From a virus, in the IMG/VR virus record IMGVR_UViG_3300031576_000022, positions 1 through 64,000 of that record: 64,000 bases of DNA; one strand, given 5' to 3'. Below are positions 10,567 to 18,579 of the stretch, in pieces. The number at the start of each line of letters is the position of its first letter. Position 1 is the stretch's first letter. The notes beneath the pieces are model-generated. The model searched no databases. It was not told the origin of the DNA and saw nothing but the letters and a program-made list of their open reading frames with translations. The translations under genes were made by a program, and so were the position numbers.

Positions 10567-10964
10567 CGGTGGACCTGCGGGAGAATTGAACTCCCGGTCT
10601 CATGATATTCTGCCTTAAAGCTCTCGTTCACGCTTATAGCACATTCGGTTTGGTGTTTATTTTAAATTTAGCGCCGATAGGCACCGCTAAATTGTTGCTG
10701 CTTTAACGTGCTCATCGGGTTATCGCAGCGACCCGAATCATTTTTCCGTGCTGAATTATGCATTGTTCCGATCGCACGGTTTCGGACAATACATCGCTTG
10801 CTGCGGATTAGGCAGCGACGGCCACAAAAGCGCGAGCGCTTCCGGGGCCAGCGAGCAGATTGTCGTTCTTGGCAATTATTGGTTCTCCGGGTGATTTACG
10901 AGGCCAACCGGAATCCTCGAAGCGCGAGCTTGGGCATTATATCTGATCGATCCCTTTCAGGCCC
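10567..10964 (-). ncRNA. ssrA: tmRNA (one-piece)
   Basis: 5' GGGCCTG pairs with 3' CAGGTCC-A-CCG with G3:U wobble; T-arm GGGAG-TTCAATT-CTCCC; tag ORF 10873-10808 AKNDNLLAGPGSARAFVAVAA-stop. Confidence 0.92.
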
Positions 10965-10979
10965 ATTTATTGCATTTAC

Positions 10980-11008
10980 AGCATACGCCTGCCTTTCCGA
11001 CGAGTCAA
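10980..11008 (-). promoter_or_regulatory. sigma-70 promoter for tmRNA
   Basis: TTGACT-N17-TATGCT, 15 nt upstream of the tmRNA 5' end. Confidence 0.75.
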
Positions 11009-11036
11009 CGATTCATTCGAATTTTTTAATTTCGGT

Positions 11037-11065
11037 TTGACTCGAATGCAAAAATCGCAGAGAAT
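11037..11065 (+). promoter_or_regulatory. divergent sigma-70-like promoter for the ParB-like gene
   Basis: TTGACT-N17-GAGAAT. Confidence 0.45.
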
Positions 11066-11187
11066 TGACGCGCGAAAGATGATTGAAGATTTCGACCGAA
11101 ATCGTTTCAGCCGATTTTTGTCGGTGGATAAAAACCGCCAAATCTTCTTCATCATGTCAACCGTCTATTGGAATATCGGGGAAAACA

Positions 11188-12297
11188 ATGGCGACTAAAG
11201 ATCCAACCGACTACACCTATTTAGATGAAGTAGCAAAACAAACAATTCCCGGTGGTACAAAAAAGATTGGTATGTTTTTTCCTGAAGAATTGACGTTGAT
11301 TCGTGATAGGGGTCATTATTTGTATGACCCTCGTGTTGAAAAAGAATTCGATGAAGATATTGTAAAAGGAATTATGGAGATTGGGCTATCAAAATCTATT
11401 GATGCACAGAAAATACGTATGGATGATGGTACATGTATTCTTGCGGTTACCGATGGTAGGCAGGGAATAATAAATACTTTAGAAGCAAATCGCAGATTAG
11501 TTGAACGTGGAGATAAACCATTAAAGGTTAAAGTTGAAGTTAGAGAGGAAGATGAAACGCTTGCAATTCGCCGCATGGTTATAAATAACGAGCATGTTCA
11601 ACTAGATGATCCAGTAACAAAAGGATTCAAGGCTAATAGATTGAAAGAGAGGGGTGTTCCGGTTGAATTGATTTGTCAAGATTTTCGTTGTGTTCCAGAA
11701 ACGCTATCAAATTGGATTAATCTTACCAAGTTATGTGTTTACGTTCAAAAATTAGTTCAGACAGAAAAGCTCGCAATGACTGCTGCGTTAAAATTACGGA
11801 GCCTTTCTCCTACTGAGCAAAAAGTGGAGGCTGATAAAATTGTTGCTGGTGTAAAAAAATCGAGTCGTGGTGCTGGCAACGAACATAAAGGTGTTGATAA
11901 GAGAAGAATTAAAAGGTTGCATGAATTGCTTGGAACTAAAAATGAAATAGTAAAAAGGGTTTTTGATTGGCTTGTTGGTAATCTTGAAGATGATAGTGTA
12001 AAAGATTTGATTAATTTTGATGTTTTATTAAAGGATAGTGGAAAAAATAATAAAAATGATAATAATTCGAATAATGGAGCTATTGGGAAAAGAGGAAGAA
12101 AGAAAAGGGAAAATCAAATTGATGATACTGAACAAAACAGGACGCTTGCTGCTATATTTGGACATAGAAATGTTGATGTTGATGGCAATATTGATGATAA
12201 TCTCGATGAAGCAGATGGTGATCTTGTTAGTGATGAGGATTTAGCCTGTTTGGTTGATGATGATGGGCTGGACGATGGGATCTGTAGCGATGATTAA
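11188..12297 (+). CDS. ParB/Srx-domain protein with HTH and acidic tail
   Basis: LAVTDGRQG...EANRRL (ParB box II-like), NEHVQLDDPVTK, HTH PVELICQDFRCVPETLSNWINL; Asp-rich C-terminus. Confidence 0.7.
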   Translation: MATKDPTDYTYLDEVAKQTIPGGTKKIGMFFPEELTLIRDRGHYLYDPRVEKEFDEDIVKGIMEIGLSKSIDAQKIRMDDGTCILAVTDGRQGIINTLEANRRLVERGDKPLKVKVEVREEDETLAIRRMVINNEHVQLDDPVTKGFKANRLKERGVPVELICQDFRCVPETLSNWINLTKLCVYVQKLVQTEKLAMTAALKLRSLSPTEQKVEADKIVAGVKKSSRGAGNEHKGVDKRRIKRLHELLGTKNEIVKRVFDWLVGNLEDDSVKDLINFDVLLKDSGKNNKNDNNSNNGAIGKRGRKKRENQIDDTEQNRTLAAIFGHRNVDVDGNIDDNLDEADGDLVSDEDLACLVDDDGLDDGICSDD

Positions 12298-12326
12298 ATA
12301 ATTTCATAGGAATAGCTAGTGTTGGG

Positions 12327-12354
12327 TTGACGAAACGATTTCATCGTGTATATT
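12327..12354 (+). promoter_or_regulatory. promoter with palindromic operator in spacer
   Basis: TTGACG-N16-TATATT; spacer contains ACGAT-TTC-ATCGT. Confidence 0.5.
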
Positions 12355-12419
12355 TATCACGCATTCAAGATTCTCAAGTCGAGGATCAAAAACTACTGCT
12401 ACCAGTTTGGAGAAGAATC

Positions 12420-12713
12420 ATGAGCCTGTTGGATACGATTAATTCCGCAACGTCGCAGAAGTCGCTGTCGGGGAAGGTAAGCGAGGAGACGTATAAGCGT
12501 TTTGACGCTGCCTGTATGCATTTAGGGTTGAATCGAAATAAGGCCGTTGCTGCGGCCTGTACTGAGGGACTGACGACCTTGGAGGCAGCTTGCAAGGATC
12601 GACCTGCAAAGCCCCCACGCGGTGCTAAGGCTAAGGCTAAGGCTGCTGCGGCTGCTGCGGTTGCGGCTGGTGCGAGTGCAGAGGATGTTTTCGGTAGTGG
12701 GAAGAAGAAGTAG
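12420..12713 (+). CDS. ribbon-helix-helix-like DNA-binding protein with Ala/Lys-rich tail
   Basis: KSLSGKVSEETYKRFDAACMHLGLNRNKAVAAA fits the RHH pattern. Confidence 0.6.
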   Translation: MSLLDTINSATSQKSLSGKVSEETYKRFDAACMHLGLNRNKAVAAACTEGLTTLEAACKDRPAKPPRGAKAKAKAAAAAAVAAGASAEDVFGSGKKK

Positions 12714-12787
12714 TAAAGAAGTAATAATAAATAACCTATGTGTTTGTTCATAAAAACGAGCACATAGGTAAAGGGATGGTTTGGTAG

Positions 12788-13159
12788 ATGAATTATGCAG
12801 TTAATTCTATCGAGACTGAAAAAGAACCACAAAAAAGTAGGGGTATTCCAAAGGCAAAAGAAATATTTCGGTTTTTGAAGAATGTAACTGTAAATACTGA
12901 TGGTGTTCAATGGATTTTGATTGATGGTAGTAATAGGAGTTATTTTACGAATTTGGATAGCCTGTTTATTAAGATGATTAATTTACATCTTCATAGAATG
13001 AAGCAATTAGATGGTGATATGGTAAAAAATTTTATTGAATTATTGAAACAGGGATGGATTGAGTGTAAAAAATTGGGAGAAGAGTTAGAGGGATATGCTA
13101 GATTAGTTCATGAAAGTGTGAGATTGGTGGGTGAATCGAAAAACGAAGGATTACAATAG
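12788..13159 (+). CDS. hypothetical protein
   Basis: ORF in operon context. Confidence 0.55.
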   Translation: MNYAVNSIETEKEPQKSRGIPKAKEIFRFLKNVTVNTDGVQWILIDGSNRSYFTNLDSLFIKMINLHLHRMKQLDGDMVKNFIELLKQGWIECKKLGEELEGYARLVHESVRLVGESKNEGLQ

Positions 13160-13160
13160 A

Positions 13161-13886
13161 ATGATTAACAAAGAATATATTGAAAATGCATTAATAACAG
13201 AATCAAAAGATTTTGATTCTATTACAAATAGATTTAATCATGTTCATTTGATGCGTGTTGTTCATGGTGCAATGGGTCTTTGTACTGAATCTGCTGAATT
13301 TCTTGATACCGTAAAAAAACATATTTTTTACGGTAAATTTATTGATATTGTTAATATTGAAGAAGAATTAGGAGATTTAATGTGGTATATGGCAATTATT
13401 ATGGATGCAATGCATATTAATCCGAATTCAGTTATGGAGTCAAATATTGCTAAATTGAAGAAAAGGTATGGTGATAAGTTTAGTGAGTGGAGTGCGATCA
13501 ATCGAAATGTTGAAAAGGAATATGAAGCGCTTAAGGTTGCGGTTGATATCGTCAAGGAATCTGGTGGTACATTAGATATGACTGTTATGCCAGATGGAAG
13601 TCCACAAGTTTTTCAAGTAAAAGATTTCATGGTTGATAAGGATGATAGTATTGTTTCAAATAAATCAAGGATGCATCCATCTGTAATGCATATTATGCAG
13701 TTTTTTGTATATTCGCATTTGCCGATTAATTTACAAAAGATCAGTAAGCCTTTTTCCGATCTTGCGATAATTATTTCTGATGGTCCGCAGAATGCAGAAA
13801 CTACTACCGCATTAAGAAAACTATTGGAGGCTAAGGATTGTGCTGTTCGTTCGTATATTGCAAAAGATAATCCAAGCGATATTTAG
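13161..13886 (+). CDS. MazG-like NTP pyrophosphohydrolase fused to a conserved small phage helical domain
   Basis: GLCTESAEFLDTVKK...EELGDLMWY...NIAKLKKRY (MazG); C-terminal QFFVYSHLP..LQ..SKPF..LA......ETTTALRKLLEAKDCAVRS. Confidence 0.8.
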   Translation: MINKEYIENALITESKDFDSITNRFNHVHLMRVVHGAMGLCTESAEFLDTVKKHIFYGKFIDIVNIEEELGDLMWYMAIIMDAMHINPNSVMESNIAKLKKRYGDKFSEWSAINRNVEKEYEALKVAVDIVKESGGTLDMTVMPDGSPQVFQVKDFMVDKDDSIVSNKSRMHPSVMHIMQFFVYSHLPINLQKISKPFSDLAIIISDGPQNAETTTALRKLLEAKDCAVRSYIAKDNPSDI

Positions 13887-14219
13887 GTGCTCAGATTTAT
13901 TTTTGATGTTATATATAAAATATTTGATTATTTAATTGATAATAGTGAAACAAGGGAGAATGATTCAAATTATCGACGGTAAGTTTTTAATATAAGGATT
14001 ATACAGTAATGGTTGTTGATTTAAATGGTTGCGAACTTTTATTTGAAAAAGCTCCAGATGAATTTAATAATAGTAATGGTGGAAGTATCGCCCTGGTTTC
14101 TAAATTGAAGGCTGGTGGATATACTGTATTAGCTTCGTTTGATTTTATTGGGTTAATTGGATTGAATAATATGATTGAAGATGTTATTGTTAATTGGAAG
14201 AATAAATAAAGATAAAATT

Positions 14220-14915
14220 ATGAAAAAAATAATTGGTAGTATAGTAGGAAATTTTTATATTATTGATCTTATTGATAAAATCGGTTTTGAGAAAATCTAT
14301 AAAGTTCAGTGTGTATGTAAATCAATTGGTAGTATAACGGAAAGTGGTCTTAATGCAAAGATATCATGTGGATGTACTAATATAATTGGTCCGCATAGGA
14401 TTGGATTATCTGTTCACTGTTATCAATTCATTCGATTTTTAGGTGATAATAATGGAAGGCATCTGTATGAAATTTCCTGTAATAATTGTAGGACAAACTC
14501 AATCGTGCATGGAAATTATGGGAAGAAATTATGTCCATCTTGCCCCAGATCATGTATTGTTAATGGAATTCACGTCAAGTTGGACGAGGAAGCCAAGAGG
14601 ATTGGAATACACAGGAATGCTTTACGACAAAGATTTAATAGGATGCGTGTGGATGAAGCGATTGTACGTGTTCGCAGTAACGTAGGAGGGAAAAAGGGGA
14701 TTCATGGTAAGGTATGGTTTCATAATATATTAGATTCAATACCAAATCATTTGAAAAGAATAAATAAGATTAATAAGCGTGCGTTTGTTTATTATTGGAT
14801 AAGAAAAGGTACAGATCCAAGTATTGCTATACAAATGGCCGTAGATGGCTGTAGACCTGCTGTATCTGGTGATTTTTTAAATGCATATGGATTGACTGCT
14901 GCTCAAGCAGTATAA
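14220..14915 (+). CDS. Cys-rich putative DNA-binding protein, possibly homing-endonuclease derived
   Basis: CVC..SCGC, CNNC..CPSC, then EEAKRIGIHRNALRQRF helical repeats. Confidence 0.5.
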   Translation: MKKIIGSIVGNFYIIDLIDKIGFEKIYKVQCVCKSIGSITESGLNAKISCGCTNIIGPHRIGLSVHCYQFIRFLGDNNGRHLYEISCNNCRTNSIVHGNYGKKLCPSCPRSCIVNGIHVKLDEEAKRIGIHRNALRQRFNRMRVDEAIVRVRSNVGGKKGIHGKVWFHNILDSIPNHLKRINKINKRAFVYYWIRKGTDPSIAIQMAVDGCRPAVSGDFLNAYGLTAAQAV

Positions 14916-15283
14916 TGTATTCTGTGGGAACAAAACTGCGCCATCGGAGAAATCTTTCTGTCTCTGCTGGTGTCAATGTTTTTGGCACGTCCGTAATTGT
15001 TCCAGATGTTGGATTGAAATTAGTAATTACTATTGTTCCGCAAAATGCTGGTGTTTTATCTGTTGTTAGGATTGATGGAACAACTTCTAGAATATCAAAA
15101 CTGTTTGATGGTAGCGCACTTGTTGTTGGTGAAAATAATACTGATGAATTGATGGCACCAAAATTTTATTCGTTTATTCCTGATGAGGTTGCGTATAATT
15201 TTAGATATTCAGTTTTGACTGTATTTGATCTGATTACTGTATATAGTGAAAAAGAACACGCATGGGCATTGCAATTACAATAG
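14915..15283 (+). CDS. hypothetical beta-rich protein
   Basis: TAATG overlap with upstream gene. Confidence 0.55.
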   Translation: MYSVGTKLRHRRNLSVSAGVNVFGTSVIVPDVGLKLVITIVPQNAGVLSVVRIDGTTSRISKLFDGSALVVGENNTDELMAPKFYSFIPDEVAYNFRYSVLTVFDLITVYSEKEHAWALQLQ

Positions 15284-15293
15284 GAAAAATTAG

Positions 15294-15881
15294 ATGAAAA
15301 TCAACACCAACAGCGAACCGCGATCCAATTCTCAATGGATCCCTCGTTCCCATCGCCAGGTATGGATCGCTGTTGGTTTATTTTCAATGTTTTTAGTGTT
15401 GAATGGGTGTGCGAATACTGGTGTTGCTAATGATGCTGTTATTTCTATTGCTGGTGCAAAAGAAGATGCTGAGCTATATCATGAAAGTAAATTAGACAGT
15501 GACTCAAAAATGCTTAGTAATCTTGCGATTGCTTTGCATAAGGTTTCAGATCTTGAAGCTAGATTAGTTATTGAACAAAAATCTGTTGATGGTAAAATTG
15601 GTAAATCTGATGCTACTCTAATCGTAAGGGGAATGCATGATGATTTGTTGAAAACTTATAATACATTGATTGAAATTAAGGATAGTCAATTAGCTTCAGA
15701 GATTCATTATCAAAGTTTAAGAGCTATTTTGCGAGCAACAATTGGTGTTGTTGCTGCACTTGCAGATCGTGAACAAAGCGAACAAAAATTAAAGGCTAGA
15801 GGAATTGAAGCGATCGAAGCTGGAGCGGATGCAGTAAAACGTGCTGGAACCGCTTCGTCTACTGGAGGTATTATTAGATGA
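15294..15881 (+). CDS. predicted lipoprotein, helical
   Basis: Hydrophobic signal VWIAVGLFSMFLV followed by lipobox LNG-C. Confidence 0.65.
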   Translation: MKINTNSEPRSNSQWIPRSHRQVWIAVGLFSMFLVLNGCANTGVANDAVISIAGAKEDAELYHESKLDSDSKMLSNLAIALHKVSDLEARLVIEQKSVDGKIGKSDATLIVRGMHDDLLKTYNTLIEIKDSQLASEIHYQSLRAILRATIGVVAALADREQSEQKLKARGIEAIEAGADAVKRAGTASSTGGIIR

Positions 15882-16177
15882 GCGAATTATCTAATTTGCT
15901 TAATGGAATTCAAATTCCAAAGATTATAAAAGGAAGGCTTACTGCTGCTGAAAGAGATATTGCTATTTCAAACATTGAAACTGCTACATCAAATATTCGT
16001 GCTGGAACATCTCGTGTTGATGCGTTTGAATCAGTGTTATCTGCTGCCATTAGTGGATTTACAACTGGATTTACAGCATATCAAGCGAAGAAAGCTGCTG
16101 AATCAATGCGAAAAGCTGCTGAAGCTGAATTGGCTGCAAAGATGGTAGAAGAGAGTGAAGGTGAGGGGGAAGGATAG
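15878..16177 (+). CDS. hypothetical helical protein
   Basis: ATGA overlap with the lipoprotein gene. Confidence 0.6.
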   Translation: MSELSNLLNGIQIPKIIKGRLTAAERDIAISNIETATSNIRAGTSRVDAFESVLSAAISGFTTGFTAYQAKKAAESMRKAAEAELAAKMVEESEGEGEG

Positions 16178-16278
16178 TCGGATCAAGTTTGACCATATCA
16201 AAGCGCTGGTAATGTAGTGATGTCCTGCAAATAGAGTGATTTGCAGGACATCATTTTTTGTTAGATATATCAAAAAGG

Positions 16279-16307
16279 TTGACCCTTTCCCTACTGAGCC
16301 CTATAAT
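16279..16307 (+). promoter_or_regulatory. near-consensus sigma-70 promoter whose spacer is the dispersed motif
   Basis: TTGACC-CTTTCCCTACTGAGCCC(17)-TATAAT, 9 nt before ATG 16317. Confidence 0.8.
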
Positions 16308-16316
16308 CTTTTTTCA

Positions 16317-16775
16317 ATGACAACCCGTCAAGTTCTTCCTACAGATGAATCTCTTACAAATGGCAGGCCAATTGCGCGTGCATTTATTGCTCAAAAAGAA
16401 GAAGAATTTGCACAAATAGTTGCTAATCTTTTAGGAATGCTTGATAATATTATTTTTAGCAAAGAATCGACTGATGGTGCGAAGATTAATGCAACAAAAG
16501 AAATGAGACTTTTGATTGATGTTCAGGTTAAGGTTCTTGCTGAAATTGAACGTAGACAAGATGCTCAAAAAATGGAAAATAAGTCTAAAAATCTGCGTCA
16601 AATGGTTTCTGATGATCCAGTAAAAGCATTAAACTTTATTGATAATGAAATTAAAAAATTGACTGAATTTCGTGGATGGGTATTTAATTTGGCAAATAAT
16701 CCAATTATTATGGATAATAAAGCATCTGGTCCGTTTAAACAATTACCTGATTTACTAGATAAAGATCCATTTTAA
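16317..16775 (+). CDS. probable terminase small subunit
   Basis: Helical protein directly abutting terL; positional call. Confidence 0.55.
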   Translation: MTTRQVLPTDESLTNGRPIARAFIAQKEEEFAQIVANLLGMLDNIIFSKESTDGAKINATKEMRLLIDVQVKVLAEIERRQDAQKMENKSKNLRQMVSDDPVKALNFIDNEIKKLTEFRGWVFNLANNPIIMDNKASGPFKQLPDLLDKDPF

Positions 16776-18272
16776 ATGGTTAATTTTAATTTTAATCAAT
16801 TTAATCAGTTTGATTTATCAGTAAATACTGATAATCTTGAAGCTATTCAATGTTCAATGGATTTTATTCATTTTTTAAGATATGTAAAAACTACAACTGT
16901 TGATGGTAAAGTAGTAAGTATTCCGTTAGATTGGCCGTATATTATAAAACTTTCAAAAATGTTAATGCATGAGAAGCGCCTTGTTGTACTCAAGGGACGG
17001 CAGATGCTTTGTTCTTGGATTATTGTTGCATATGCTGTTTGGGCTTGTTTAAATCAAGAAAATCTTATTATTTTGATTTTATCAAAAGGTGAAAAACCTG
17101 CACAAGAAATGATTCGTCGTGCATATGAATTGTATGATCGTCTTCCTAGTTTTCTTAAAAACATAATTCCATTACGCGATGGTCCACGTAATATGGAAAA
17201 GGTTGAATTTAATAATCGTTCTCGTATTATCTCTCTTCCATCAAAAGGTGATGCACCACGAACTGTTTCTGCAAAGATTGTATTTATTGATGAAGCTGCA
17301 TATGCGCGTGAATTAGATGAAATGCTTGGTGCGATTGAGCCTGCTCTTGGTGAAGAATCTAAACTATTTATTGTTTCGACACCAAATGGGAAACCAATAG
17401 GACGTTCGTTTACTAAATTGTGTAAAGAAGCTGAGAATAAGGGTTATCGTAGATTTGATCTTCATTATAGATTGTGTCCTGCATATAGAAATCCTGAATG
17501 GGAGCAACAAAAACGTAGGTCGATGACTCAGGCCAAGTTTGCTCATGAATACGAGCTTTCGCTTGCTTCATCTGGCGATTCCATGATTTTTGCAAAGTTG
17601 TCAGAAAAAAATGATTGGGAGGGAAGTTTTGTTCCAAATGAAAATTATGTATTAATGAGATGTGTTGATCCTGGTGAGAAGATGGGTGTTATATGGATTG
17701 CAGAGGACATACTTGGAAATATTATAGCTTATAGAGAATCGTATCTTCATGGTGGTAGTTATGAACGTCGTGCTCAAGCAATTTTAAGGAAATCTCCTGA
17801 TAATGAATTGTATGATTGTTCTGTTATTGATTCGGCTGCACCAGATGCAAAGCGCGAATTAGGAAAACATGGAATATATTGTAGGAGCTGTATTAAAAAA
17901 GATGTACATGAAACGATTGATCAAATTAATACTTTAATAGAAGGTAATGGACTTGACACTCCATGTTTATTTATTACAGATGATTGTCCTAAATTAAAAG
18001 AACAAATGCAGTCATGGGTTGGTGATGATTGTGGTTATCCTGTTAAAAACCAATATGATCATGGAATTGATGCATTGAGGTATGGAGTTCAAATTCGTTT
18101 TAAGATTCGTAAGAATAAATCTCAAGGATTTATTACAGAACAAGCACAATCGGATTTGAATATTGATAAAGATTTTGAAATAGAAATATCAAGCGATACA
18201 ATATCTCGTGGTGATGGCATCGACCATAACCGAGATTTCAGTGAAACAGATTTTGATTTGGGTTGGATTTAA
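16776..18272 (+). CDS. terL: terminase large subunit
   Basis: VVLKGRQMLCSW (Walker A variant), VFIDEAA (Walker B), VSTPNG, CVDPG, IDSA, DHGIDALRY nuclease motifs. Confidence 0.93.
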   Translation: MVNFNFNQFNQFDLSVNTDNLEAIQCSMDFIHFLRYVKTTTVDGKVVSIPLDWPYIIKLSKMLMHEKRLVVLKGRQMLCSWIIVAYAVWACLNQENLIILILSKGEKPAQEMIRRAYELYDRLPSFLKNIIPLRDGPRNMEKVEFNNRSRIISLPSKGDAPRTVSAKIVFIDEAAYARELDEMLGAIEPALGEESKLFIVSTPNGKPIGRSFTKLCKEAENKGYRRFDLHYRLCPAYRNPEWEQQKRRSMTQAKFAHEYELSLASSGDSMIFAKLSEKNDWEGSFVPNENYVLMRCVDPGEKMGVIWIAEDILGNIIAYRESYLHGGSYERRAQAILRKSPDNELYDCSVIDSAAPDAKRELGKHGIYCRSCIKKDVHETIDQINTLIEGNGLDTPCLFITDDCPKLKEQMQSWVGDDCGYPVKNQYDHGIDALRYGVQIRFKIRKNKSQGFITEQAQSDLNIDKDFEIEISSDTISRGDGIDHNRDFSETDFDLGWI

Positions 18273-18299
18273 TCAGCCTAAATCGTTAGGGTTATATAT

Positions 18300-18536
18300 A
18301 TGCCAGATCCAGTGCAAAAAGATAAAATCTTTTTTGATCATATTGGTCAAATTATTCTTAATGCAATATTACAGGGCGTAATAATTGGTAGTAGAGAAAC
18401 AAATTCTGATACTATTCAAGTATCTGTTGATAAGGTATCGGTTGCTGCATCACAAGAAGTTGTTACTCACGCTAGATATAGGCTTGCAGAAATTAGACAA
18501 GAAATTCTAAGCGATAATAGTGCAGGTATTTTTTAA
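18300..18536 (+). CDS. hypothetical protein between terL and portal
   Basis: 78-aa ORF filling the gap. Confidence 0.5.
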   Translation: MPDPVQKDKIFFDHIGQIILNAILQGVIIGSRETNSDTIQVSVDKVSVAASQEVVTHARYRLAEIRQEILSDNSAGIF

Positions 18537-18579
18537 ATAATACATCTATTCAAGCTCAGTAGGGGAAAGGACCAAGACT

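Noticed and set aside
10567-10600. tmRNA 3' end as an attachment site or prophage boundary
   Set aside because: Phage-type genes continue on both sides; no integrase and no duplicated 3' fragment were seen
10708-11040. 110-aa + strand ORF
   Set aside because: Antisense to the tmRNA and its promoter; shadow ORF
16990-17020. Terminase Walker A lacking GK (KGRQMLCS) as a sign of inactivation
   Set aside because: KxRQ-type variants occur in phage terminases and all other motifs are intact
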